This document shows, piece after piece, positions 46,991 to 55,881 of a stretch of 64,000 nt of DNA. Origin of the DNA: Fimbriimonadaceae bacterium. Its GTDB lineage: Bacteria; Armatimonadota; Fimbriimonadia; Fimbriimonadales; Fimbriimonadaceae. The DNA lies in NCBI GenBank assembly GCA_049276675.1, contig JBASWW010000071.1, forward strand, positions 28,819 to 92,818, read 5' to 3'. Positions within the stretch are counted from its first letter, which is position 1. Every line of letters starts with the position of its first letter. A program made the translations under genes and the position numbers. The notes beneath the pieces were generated by a model, which was not told the DNA's origin, did no database searches, and worked only from the letters and a program-made list of their open reading frames with translations.

Positions 46991-47190
46991 CGCCTCGGTC
47001 GCCGAACAAGCTCCTGAGCATTGGTTCGCGCCTGCACGAGCCTTTCGCGGTGGTCGTTGAACACGCAGATGGAGCGCAGCCCGAGGATATTCGCCACTTC
47101 GACGGCGGTTTCCCATCGCTGTGGATTGACCTTGCCGTCCTTGCACTTTCGGGCGTCTAAATCGTATCGGGCGCAGTCTCGGCAGTACAC
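46987..47190 (-). CDS. Small hypothetical Cys-containing protein (67 aa), translationally coupled to tsaE
   Basis: MYCRDCARYDLDARKCKDGK... ORF whose TGA overlaps the proposed TTG start of tsaE. No family recognised. Confidence 0.45.
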   Translation of the reverse strand: MYCRDCARYDLDARKCKDGKVNPQRWETAVEVANILGLRSICVFNDHRERLVQARTNAQELVRRPRR

Positions 47191-47219
47191 TTCAGGTTCC
47201 TCTGGGCGGTATCAAAAAA

Positions 47220-48215
47220 ATGACGGTGGCGCTACTCGGATTGACTCTGATTGCTCAAGTTGCAGCTCCAAGCCTCAAGTTTAACGGCAAGGCGCTCGTG
47301 ATTCAAGTAGACGGCCAAAAAGAGGTCGTTCCATTGAGGGAAAATCTTCCACCTGCCCGGATGGTTTGGTCTTTCCGGAAGGACGACAAATGGGCCGTGT
47401 GGGATTCGAAGAGAGGGTTGACCATTCGCTCAGGAAAGCGTGTTCGAAGCACCCGGCTTGCGGCTATTCCCGTCTCGCCCCGCCTGTTTTCGCGTGAGGA
47501 GATTATCGCCACTGCGCGGCTCATCAAAACGGGAACAAGAAAGCGAGATGCCTCGGCGATAGCGGGAGCCAAGAGGATCGGAACGAAGGTCTATCTTCTA
47601 GCAAGATGGACAGATCGCGCAGGCAGGCCATGGCTGGAGGCGCTGGTTGAGGTTGATTTCGAGGAAGAGATGCCTGCACCGAAGCTCTTGGGGAGATTCG
47701 ATGGATTGTCTCTGGCTAAAGCGCCTGTGGACGACAAGCTTTTGATCCTTGGAAACCAGCTCGCCATCGTCGCGAGAATGGGCGGGGGATGGGGAGTCGC
47801 ACGTTACGACCCCGAGAGCACCGTCTTCACCTCCGTTATGCTGGGTCAAAGCCTAACTCGCTACGATGCTCTGAACCACCGACTCGGCCTTTTTCAGGAG
47901 CCGACCACGTATGGAACGACGAGGGTTGGAAGAGTAGACCTGGCGAACGGGTTCCGCCGCGATCTCTTCGAAACACGTGGGACGGCAGAACTGTTGGACC
48001 AGGAGGAGCCGTTGCTGTTCGTGCTTCGGCGACGCGGCGGTCCTTGGCTGCGCAATTCGGAGACGGGCGCTGAGGTGAAGATTCCTGCTTCGGCTCGCGT
48101 TCGGAAGGTGGCCGCCGGAGTGCTCGTGTGGTCTCCCGCACTCAAGCCCACGTTTGCAGCGCTCTATGATCCCTCGCGCTGGGCTGTGCTGGCTCGCATG
48201 GAGACGCCCGGGTGA
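47220..48215 (+). CDS. Hypothetical protein (signal-like N-terminus)
   Basis: 331-aa ORF starting MTVALLGLTLIAQVAAP. No family recognised. Confidence 0.5.
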   Translation: MTVALLGLTLIAQVAAPSLKFNGKALVIQVDGQKEVVPLRENLPPARMVWSFRKDDKWAVWDSKRGLTIRSGKRVRSTRLAAIPVSPRLFSREEIIATARLIKTGTRKRDASAIAGAKRIGTKVYLLARWTDRAGRPWLEALVEVDFEEEMPAPKLLGRFDGLSLAKAPVDDKLLILGNQLAIVARMGGGWGVARYDPESTVFTSVMLGQSLTRYDALNHRLGLFQEPTTYGTTRVGRVDLANGFRRDLFETRGTAELLDQEEPLLFVLRRRGGPWLRNSETGAEVKIPASARVRKVAAGVLVWSPALKPTFAALYDPSRWAVLARMETPG

Positions 48216-48324
48216 GCGGGTGTTTAACGTGGAGACAGATAGGGGGAGAGGAAGGGAGAGCCGAGTAAACGGCCATCTATGCGCCCCAGCGATTTAATCC
48301 CCAAAGATCTGTTTGAAATGATGC

Positions 48325-49455
48325 TTAGATGAACTCCAAGGCGACCTCGGAGCAGAAATGCCTGCCCTCGGGTGTTAGTTTCGCGCGGCCGCCAGAGGTG
48401 CTTACCCAGCCGCGCCGCACGACTCGGTCCATGGCCTTGGCTTCGATCTCCATGCCCGCGAGACAAAGTCCCTCATTGAGCCGGATGCCGAGCATGATTT
48501 GCTCCATTCTTGCGTTGGCCTCAGTTAGCGATTCCGATTCGAAAGCCACTTCTTCGTTTGCTGCGATGGCGGCGCAGTATCTCTCTGGGTGCTTGAGGTT
48601 GGTGTAACGATGGCGTGCGAGGTTTGATGAATCGGAGAAGTTGGTCATACAGCCCACCGCCCCCGGCCCATAGCCCGCATAGTCTTCGCCCCGCCAGTAG
48701 CAAAGGTTGTGGCGGCACTCGAAACCCGGTTGGGCGAAGTTGCTGATCTCGTACTGAAGGTAGCCCGCAGACTGGGCGAAGACAACGGCATCCTCATACA
48801 TAGCAACCTGAGCCTCATCGTCGGGCAGGACCAGCTGGCCGTGAAGATGCTGCTTGTAGAAAGGCGTGTTTGGCTCCAGTGTGAGGCAGTAAAGGCTCAA
48901 ATGTTCCGGTCGGAGTTCGATCACCCGCCGCAGATTCTCATGCCATGCACGGCTGCTTTGGCCAGGAAGCGCAAACATCAGGTCGAGGTTAATATTCTCG
49001 AAACCTGCATCCCGAGCCGCGCCAAACGCTTGCTCGATCTCCCCCGAACGGTGGACCCTGCCCAGCCGCAGCAGGTCGTCATCCTTGAAGCTCTGGGCAC
49101 CGAGGCTGATCCGGTTGAACCCAGCCTCGCGCATCCTCCGGAACTTCGCCATGTCGACAGTGCCAGGATTCGCCTCGCTCGTGATTTCTGCGTCAGTGAC
49201 CGGCGGATGGGCCCGAACCACCGCTTCCAGAATCCGCACGAGTTGCTCTGGCGGGATGAATGTGGGCGTACCGCCTCCGAAGAAGATGGTCTTCGCCGGT
49301 ATGCCGGTCCACGGGCTGCGCTCGATCTCGGCGATGATAGCGGCGGTCGTGCTCTCCATGATGTCTCCACTCATGGCGTAGGAATTGAAGTCGCAATAGC
49401 CGCATTTACTCGGACAAAACGGGATATGGACGTAGACGGCGATCTGTTGAGGCAC
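48325..49455 (-). CDS. hemW: Radical SAM family heme chaperone HemW
   Basis: VYVHIPFCPSKCGYCDFNS radical-SAM motif and the HemN-like C-terminal domain. The GTG start overlaps the upstream stop (TAGTG). Confidence 0.88.
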   Translation of the reverse strand: MPQQIAVYVHIPFCPSKCGYCDFNSYAMSGDIMESTTAAIIAEIERSPWTGIPAKTIFFGGGTPTFIPPEQLVRILEAVVRAHPPVTDAEITSEANPGTVDMAKFRRMREAGFNRISLGAQSFKDDDLLRLGRVHRSGEIEQAFGAARDAGFENINLDLMFALPGQSSRAWHENLRRVIELRPEHLSLYCLTLEPNTPFYKQHLHGQLVLPDDEAQVAMYEDAVVFAQSAGYLQYEISNFAQPGFECRHNLCYWRGEDYAGYGPGAVGCMTNFSDSSNLARHRYTNLKHPERYCAAIAANEEVAFESESLTEANARMEQIMLGIRLNEGLCLAGMEIEAKAMDRVVRRGWVSTSGGRAKLTPEGRHFCSEVALEFI

Positions 49456-50246
49456 TACTTGACCTCTTCGAAAAGCAGTATGCGCTGGGCTGGCAGATCA
49501 ACCTTGCATAGCTCGCCCTTGTCAGTGATATAGGCTTTCTGCGTGTGATCGGGCCAGATGAAGTCGATTGTCTGACCTTTCTTCTTGACGAGCCCGGTTC
49601 CTTGCGTCCAGTCGAAGCGGTTGGATATGCGCGCTGTGACTTTGAGGGGAGCTCCTGTGACCGGGTTGAGCACGGCGAAGGTCTTTTCGCGCAGAGTCAC
49701 CTCGCCGTTCTTGATCATGGGAGTGAATGCGGCATCGAAGGGCGCCATACCGTCCGCGGGGAAGATGGTCGTGGTCTTGGTTCCCTTGGGACCGGAGGTC
49801 GTGAGCTCGATTTCATCCTTGCCGAAAAGCGCCTCGCCCCGATAGTTTCCGCTCGCGTCCTGCCAGGTGTACGTTTCTCTGAGAACCTTGCCCTCCAGGC
49901 TGACATAGGTTTGGCGGGTTAGCTTAATAGTCGAGCGTGCTTCGAGATTGCCTCCCTTGAGCACCTGGGTGGTGTAGGCGTCGGTGTCGAGCACCAGGCA
50001 GGGTTTTTGAGCGAAAAGGCCGTTGACGACCTTCCAGCCCATCCAGCCAAGCCGGAGGTCGATGGAGGTTTTGTTGACGACGTCGCCGAACGAGGTGCCC
50101 GTCTTGCGGCTCACGTATAGGCCGAGGACGCTCGGTGACTGAAGCTGGACCCCTAGGGCGTATTCCTTCTGGCCGCCGAGCCAAGGTCCCTGGGTGTGGG
50201 CTGCTGCGGAAATTAGGATGACGGCAAACCAGAGGTAGCGGCTCAT
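49455..50246 (-). CDS. Hypothetical secreted protein
   Basis: The internal ATG gives signal peptide MSRYLWFAVILISAAAHTQG. Translationally coupled to hemW. No family recognised. Confidence 0.5.
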   Translation of the reverse strand: MSRYLWFAVILISAAAHTQGPWLGGQKEYALGVQLQSPSVLGLYVSRKTGTSFGDVVNKTSIDLRLGWMGWKVVNGLFAQKPCLVLDTDAYTTQVLKGGNLEARSTIKLTRQTYVSLEGKVLRETYTWQDASGNYRGEALFGKDEIELTTSGPKGTKTTTIFPADGMAPFDAAFTPMIKNGEVTLREKTFAVLNPVTGAPLKVTARISNRFDWTQGTGLVKKKGQTIDFIWPDHTQKAYITDKGELCKVDLPAQRILLFEEVK

Positions 50247-50330
50247 AGCACTAACAATTTGGATGCATCGAGTGGGATGGAAAGTTCTGAAGACTCCCAC
50301 GGTTCACAATGGCACCGACTGCTGGGACAA

Positions 50331-52388
50331 TCATGGGGTGCCCTCATGGGCTACAGCATCTGTCGTTGCCTCGCGCTCCATCCTCTCCGGAGCGGAGATT
50401 CCAAGGAGATCGAAGGCCGCTTTTAGCCCGATCCTCGCAGCTTCGCATAAGGCCAGCCTGGCTTGGGTGAGCTCAGGTTGGTCGGGCTGGATGACGCGGC
50501 AGGCATCGTAAAAGAGGTGATAGGTCCGGGCGAGATCGACCGCGTAGGTCGTGAGACGGTGTACGCCGTAGTCCTCGGCACACCTTTGGACCTCGTATGG
50601 CAGGTCAACGATCTTTTTAATGAGGGCGAGCTCTTTGGGATGAGTAAGGTGTTGCGGTGTTAGGGTGTCACGGTGTTGACCTCCCACCGCAACACCCGCC
50701 TCCTCCGCTTTCCTAATCACCGAGCAAATCCTCGCATGCGCGTACTGGGCATAGAAGACCGGGTTCTCCTCGCTCTGCTTGGTCGCGAGGTCTATATCGA
50801 AGTCCATGTGGGTCTCATGGCTTCGCATGAGATAGAAGAAGCGGGCGACGTCTTTTCCGATCCTCTGTCGCTCTTCTTCGCTGGCCTTCGGTGCGACTGC
50901 TGCGCCCAGCTCGTTGATGAGGTCCTTTAGCTCGTAGATGTTGCCGTCCCGCTTGCGCATCGGGGCTGGCTTGCCATCCTTCACGAACCGCACGATCTGG
51001 AAGATGACGATCTCCAGGCGCTCCGGCTTGCCGTCCTTCATGGGATAGCCGAGCGCCTCGTACATCGCGTAGATTCGCCCGATGTACCCGTGATGGTCGG
51101 GGCCCAGGATCATGTACGCTTTGTCGAACCCGCGCTCCCCGAGCTTGCTTTCGAGGTACGCGACGTCGGCGGCAATATAGGCCGGCCTGCCATCCTCTCG
51201 GATCAGGACCCTGTCCTGGTCGTCGCCGAACCGCGTCGAGCGCAACCATACTGCGCCGGGCGGCTGCTCGACTTTGACCAACCCTCTCTCAGGGTCGTCG
51301 CGTGGCGTTTCCATTCGATACGGCTCGTTATCCGCCGCTCCGTTTGCCTTGAGCTTCTCGATGGCGGCGGCGACCTTGCCCTCGTCGTGGAGGGTCTGCT
51401 CGGAGAACCAGCAGTCGAAGTCGACGCCAAAGTCTTCCAACGTTCGAGATTGCTCTTGGGTCATGCCCCACACTGCCAAGTCCTGAAGTTCTTCAGCGGT
51501 GAGCTTGATGATTAGTTCAGCTTCTTTAGACTCGCCGTGCAGGTCGACTTTCTTGTCGATCGCCTCCCAGATTGCAACCTGACGTTGTTGAGCTACTTTG
51601 CCGAAGCCGACTTGGGACGCGGGCGAGTTCGGATCATCGAGCTTTGCCAAGATGTGTCTTGCATTGCGCAGATTGGACTTCAGCTGTTCGAAGAGGATTC
51701 GTCGAATAGCGATGGCTGCACGTTCGACGTATTCGCCCTTGTAGCCGTTCTCAGGGACGGGTCGTCCGAGCAGGCTTGCGCGAACCGACTCAGCAAACAA
51801 TCGCATCTGCTCCGAGTTCACGCCATCGTTCACGTAGTACTCCCGGTACACGTCGTGACCCGCTGTCCCGAACACACGGCACAACGTATCCCCGAAAGCC
51901 GCGCCACGGCCCGAGCCGACCGTGATCGGGCCGTTCGGATTGACGGAGACGAACTCGACGTTCAGGCGTTGCGGTGTTTCGGTGTTCCGGTGTTGGGTGT
52001 TGGGGAGCCTTGATCCCAACTCCAAGATGAGCTGCACATACGAGGCGATGAAGGAGGGATCGAGGCGGAGGTTGAGGAAGCCGGGGCCGGCGACGTCAAC
52101 GCCGGCAAAAACCGGGTTTGAACCCTCTCCCCCCAGCCCCCTCTCCCCCGGAGCGGGAGAGGGGGAGGTTAATAGCTCCGCCTGCAGCATCTCCGCGATC
52201 GAGCGAGGCGTCATCCCGCTTGACTTGGCGGCAACCAGCGCGAAATTGCATGCGAAGTCGCCATGCTCCGGCTGCTTCGTGTCCTGAATCTCGACTTCGA
52301 CGGCGCGCGCGGTTTCCGGCAGCTTTCCCTGACCGACAAGGGATGCCACGGCGGCGCGGAGGAGGTCGGCGAGAAACGAGCGGAGCAC
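50331..52388 (-). CDS. argS: Arginine--tRNA ligase (long form with repeat-derived insertions and non-canonical HIGH region)
   Basis: N-terminal Add-1-type domain (VAGPGFLNLRL), VEFVSVNPNGP...GRGAAFGD, REYYVNDG, the DALR anticodon-binding region (YAQYAHARICSV) and the C-terminal LTQARLALCEA pattern. Confidence 0.88.
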   Translation of the reverse strand: MLRSFLADLLRAAVASLVGQGKLPETARAVEVEIQDTKQPEHGDFACNFALVAAKSSGMTPRSIAEMLQAELLTSPSPAPGERGLGGEGSNPVFAGVDVAGPGFLNLRLDPSFIASYVQLILELGSRLPNTQHRNTETPQRLNVEFVSVNPNGPITVGSGRGAAFGDTLCRVFGTAGHDVYREYYVNDGVNSEQMRLFAESVRASLLGRPVPENGYKGEYVERAAIAIRRILFEQLKSNLRNARHILAKLDDPNSPASQVGFGKVAQQRQVAIWEAIDKKVDLHGESKEAELIIKLTAEELQDLAVWGMTQEQSRTLEDFGVDFDCWFSEQTLHDEGKVAAAIEKLKANGAADNEPYRMETPRDDPERGLVKVEQPPGAVWLRSTRFGDDQDRVLIREDGRPAYIAADVAYLESKLGERGFDKAYMILGPDHHGYIGRIYAMYEALGYPMKDGKPERLEIVIFQIVRFVKDGKPAPMRKRDGNIYELKDLINELGAAVAPKASEEERQRIGKDVARFFYLMRSHETHMDFDIDLATKQSEENPVFYAQYAHARICSVIRKAEEAGVAVGGQHRDTLTPQHLTHPKELALIKKIVDLPYEVQRCAEDYGVHRLTTYAVDLARTYHLFYDACRVIQPDQPELTQARLALCEAARIGLKAAFDLLGISAPERMEREATTDAVAHEGTP

Positions 52389-52426
52389 GCTATGGTGTAC
52401 CCGCTTTCAGCAAGGCAGTGAACCGG

Positions 52427-52909
52427 CTAACCTTCGGGATGGCCGGGAAGCAATTCCTCGGCCCGGAAGAGATTGGGCTCGCTCTTGATGATGTCAATCA
52501 GCTTCTGCATCGAGGACTCCTCCTCGACCTGCTCGGTGATAAACCATTGCAGGAACTGGAAGGTGGTGAAGTCTTTCTCGGCAAGCGCCGCCTCCGCCAT
52601 CTTGTGAAACTGGCCCGTCACGGTCCGCTCATTTTGCAGCGCCCATTCCACAGCCGAGACGCCAGACTGGTAGTCGGTTTTCGCCTTTGGAACCAGCGGG
52701 ATATCTACCTGGGCCTCGACGTCGACGAGGAAGGTCACGATTTTGAGCGCGTGCATCCGCTCCTCTTCAGACTGCTTGTAGAAGTATCCGGCCCACCTTT
52801 CCAGGCTCTGGCTTCCGAAGAAGGCGGCGATGCCCAGGTAGGCGTTGCTGGCTTCCAGTTCATGGCCGATCTGCTCGTTCAGCAGCTTGGCTAGGTTTGG
52901 CTTGATCAT
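52427..52909 (-). CDS. ftnA: Ferritin (non-heme, Ftn type)
   Basis: LLNEQIGHELEASNAYL and EEERMHALK ferroxidase-centre motifs. Confidence 0.88.
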   Translation of the reverse strand: MIKPNLAKLLNEQIGHELEASNAYLGIAAFFGSQSLERWAGYFYKQSEEERMHALKIVTFLVDVEAQVDIPLVPKAKTDYQSGVSAVEWALQNERTVTGQFHKMAEAALAEKDFTTFQFLQWFITEQVEEESSMQKLIDIIKSEPNLFRAEELLPGHPEG

Positions 52910-52951
52910 GCTTGTTTCTACTTTCCTTGGGTTCGAATCGTCTCGCTATTC

Positions 52952-53677
52952 GTGACCATACCCGTTCCACGCGGCACCCTACTCAACACGGCCACGGTGG
53001 CGGCGGGCTCACTGATTGGGCTTGCGATCGGCTCGGGCCTGGATGACCGGTACAAGCAGATCGCGATCGGCGGCCTGGGGCTCGTGAACATCGGGCTCGG
53101 CGTCAAGATGTTCATTCAGAGCCGGAATGTCGTGATTGTGGCGATGAGCATTGCTCTTGGCGGGATGCTCGGATTGGCACTGGGGATACACGGCGGCATC
53201 GAGAACTTCGCCGACTGGGCAAAAAGCACGCTTGGCGCAACGGGTCAGGACCACTTTACGACCGGCCTGGTGGCGGCTAGCGTCCTGTTCTGCATCGGGC
53301 CGATGACGCTGGTCGGCTGTGTCGAGGATGGCCTCGAAGGGAGGAGCGAGCTGCTCGCGATTAAGAGCACGATGGATGGGATCGTGTCGATCTTCTTCGC
53401 CGCCGCTTGGGGCTATGGGGTCCTCTTGTCCGCGCTCGTGGTCCTTATCTTTCAATCCGCCCTGACCCTCATGGCCGGCCTCCTCAGGCCGGTCGCGAAG
53501 GATCCGGATGTGCTCGCCGAGATCTCCGGAGTGGGCGGCGTGATGCTATTGAGTATCGCCTTGGGATTGCTCGATCTGAAAAATCTGCCCACCGCGAACT
53601 TCCTTCCTGCTCTGATCCTCGGCCCGGTGTTCGCTATCGCCTTCCGTAGGCTATCTCGCAATCGTACGTCCGTTTGA
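52952..53677 (+). CDS. DUF554 domain-containing membrane protein (YdfK/YqgA-like)
   Basis: N-terminal GTLLNTATVAAGSLIGLAIG pattern and a 6-7 TM profile typical of DUF554. Confidence 0.7.
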   Translation: MTIPVPRGTLLNTATVAAGSLIGLAIGSGLDDRYKQIAIGGLGLVNIGLGVKMFIQSRNVVIVAMSIALGGMLGLALGIHGGIENFADWAKSTLGATGQDHFTTGLVAASVLFCIGPMTLVGCVEDGLEGRSELLAIKSTMDGIVSIFFAAAWGYGVLLSALVVLIFQSALTLMAGLLRPVAKDPDVLAEISGVGGVMLLSIALGLLDLKNLPTANFLPALILGPVFAIAFRRLSRNRTSV

Positions 53678-53735
53678 AAAGGGCCAGTCCGCCCCCTCCT
53701 CCATTGCTTCGCTCTGAAAGAGGGGGCGTGAGTGG

Positions 53736-54689
53736 CTAGTTTCTGCCGATGCTTTGAAGCTTCGGCATCAGCTCCACGCCGCGGAACCGGGTGTTCGCGG
53801 CAGCGGTGGCGATTGTCGTCCAGGCGTCGAAGCCCGAGCCGTTGTCCCGTCCGGCCAGGAGCAGCGACCCGTTGTTGCTCGCTCCATAGATTTTGTCGCC
53901 GTCCACCGTGAAATGGCCCACGTTCTGCCCGGTCAGAGAATACGTCACTGACCAGACTCCCCCCGACTTGGTCATCTTGCAGATACCGCTGGCGCCGCTG
54001 ACATACAGGGTGTTCGCGTCAATCATGTAGATGTCGCGGATGCTGCCAATCGGGGTCTCAAACAGCGGAGAGTAATTCTGTCCGTCCCAAGACCCTGCCC
54101 CGTTCAAGCCCTCAAAAGCGCCCGACCCGGTGAAGTAATAAATTCCGCCAAAGGCAGTGATGGACCGGGTGCTAAAGGGCTCTGGCAGGACCTGCGATGG
54201 CGTCGTTGTGAAGGTGCCATTGTAAATCCCCATGTCGCCGCCAGTCGTCCAATAGCTGTTTCCATCAGGCGAATATACGGCCCGAACGCCATCGCCAGCG
54301 CTCGGGAAAAAGGCTTGAGATAGCTCGATCGTCCCGTTAAGAGCCATCCTGGCAATCACTCGCGGGGAGGCCGTCGGGGAGAATGCCCCGTCACGAACGG
54401 GCAGGTCGTAGCCTGCCAGCATCAAATATCGCTTGTCACCAGAAATCTGCAGGCCACCTTCGCTTGTCTCTCCAAACGAGGCGGTCAGGTTTCTGCCTCC
54501 AATATTGCTGAGGCTGAGATCGCTTCCAACTTGTACACCAGCGACCGTGTATTGCCGAATGGTGACGGGCAGATTGCCAACGGTCGAGCCGCCATCTCCC
54601 ACTACAACCACTGCCAACTTGCTCTTCGGCGCTCCTGCGCTGCTGAGCGATGCGGCCGCAAGGGCCAGAATCAATAATAGACTTCGCAT
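53736..54689 (-). CDS. Hypothetical secreted protein (possible beta-propeller)
   Basis: Signal peptide MRSLLLILALAAASLSSAGA and repetitive Gly/Ser/Tyr-rich beta-like segments. No family recognised. Confidence 0.5.
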   Translation of the reverse strand: MRSLLLILALAAASLSSAGAPKSKLAVVVVGDGGSTVGNLPVTIRQYTVAGVQVGSDLSLSNIGGRNLTASFGETSEGGLQISGDKRYLMLAGYDLPVRDGAFSPTASPRVIARMALNGTIELSQAFFPSAGDGVRAVYSPDGNSYWTTGGDMGIYNGTFTTTPSQVLPEPFSTRSITAFGGIYYFTGSGAFEGLNGAGSWDGQNYSPLFETPIGSIRDIYMIDANTLYVSGASGICKMTKSGGVWSVTYSLTGQNVGHFTVDGDKIYGASNNGSLLLAGRDNGSGFDAWTTIATAAANTRFRGVELMPKLQSIGRN

Positions 54690-54807
54690 TAGTTTCACTC
54701 CTTTCAAGGCTGCATTTAGAGTGAAGGGGGGTTGTTATGCGAGCATGAAAATGACCTGCTCGCTGGGATTCGCTAACACACGCATAACCAGCCGAGCTGG
54801 CGCGTCG

Positions 54808-55845
54808 CTAGGGTTTTGCGCTCTTCGCGAGGCGGGAAAGGACCGGGCCGAGATCGTAAACCAGGAAGTTTCGATCCTTGCTGTTCATAGCGACTAGGAC
54901 CCCGTTCCTGAATTTGCCCAGCTTCGACGAAGAGGCGTCGATTCCATCGGTCGCATCCGCTCCCCCTTCAAGGATCGCAATAGGCTCTCCATTCTGGTTG
55001 TCCCTGGGATAAACGTGATACCGGCTGTTTCCGTCCATCTGCTCGGTGCAGATCACGTATCCTTTTGTGCCCAGTTCGACGACAGCAATGCCTTCCCGGT
55101 CACCGCCAAACGTTCCGGTCGCGAATGTCCCAAGCTCCTTGGCCGCGACAGGGCTATCGGGATCGGCGGCATACTTTCGCACGCCAAACTTCTCCTCAGC
55201 CAAATACACGTAGCCAAACCTATCATCAACCGCCAGCGATTCGATCTCTGCACCAGGTTCCGCAAAACCGACCTCACGAACTTTCACCAGCCCGATTCTT
55301 CCCGCCGCCGCCGTGAGCCTATATTGCCAGACATAACCGCTGGTCGGGCCCTCTTTGCGGCTCACGAAAGCGAACGTGGCGCCATCCTTGCGCTTATACA
55401 TCGCGATGCCCATGGGTGCTCCGAGCTCCCCTTCCTCGCCCGCAAACACGGCCGTCGCTCCCGATATGTCGCTGAGCGACCTCTTAATTGGGTCGATCGC
55501 AAAAATGCGGAGTCGCCGCTGTTTTCGTTCTGTAACCACCGCGATGTCCACGGATCGCTTGCCGAGATTGAATCCGTACTCCACATCGACGTTGTTCGGC
55601 TGGTCGAGTCCCTTGACCACCTGCACTTTCTTGCCATCGAGGTCAAACACATAGAGGGCGCCATCCTTTTTGTCGGTCCCGATGATGAGGCTGCGGGCGG
55701 AGTCCTTCGGATTCACCCAAATGGCGGGATCGTCGGCGTCGCCGATCACGGCGGCGATTCTGAACGATGGGCGGATCGTCAGAACGGGAGATTCGCCGAC
55801 CGAGCTCAGCACGAGAACGGCGATGGGGAGGAGTAGTCGTTTCAT
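54808..55845 (-). CDS. Beta-propeller phytase (3-phytase family)
   Basis: Signal peptide, GDADDPAIWVNPKDSARSLIIGTDKKDGALYVFDLDGK and later GIAMY / EGIAV blade motifs characteristic of BPP phytases. Confidence 0.8.
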   Translation of the reverse strand: MKRLLLPIAVLVLSSVGESPVLTIRPSFRIAAVIGDADDPAIWVNPKDSARSLIIGTDKKDGALYVFDLDGKKVQVVKGLDQPNNVDVEYGFNLGKRSVDIAVVTERKQRRLRIFAIDPIKRSLSDISGATAVFAGEEGELGAPMGIAMYKRKDGATFAFVSRKEGPTSGYVWQYRLTAAAGRIGLVKVREVGFAEPGAEIESLAVDDRFGYVYLAEEKFGVRKYAADPDSPVAAKELGTFATGTFGGDREGIAVVELGTKGYVICTEQMDGNSRYHVYPRDNQNGEPIAILEGGADATDGIDASSSKLGKFRNGVLVAMNSKDRNFLVYDLGPVLSRLAKSAKP

Positions 55846-55881
55846 GGATTTTTGGGCCGGCGAAAGCCGGCCCCTCCTTTC

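Noticed and set aside
48235-48275. gggggagaggaagggagag tract downstream of the 47220-48215 gene, resembling one arm of the argS palindrome.
   Set aside because: No complementary arm lies nearby and the match is only short purine-rich similarity. This is insufficient to call a repeat copy.
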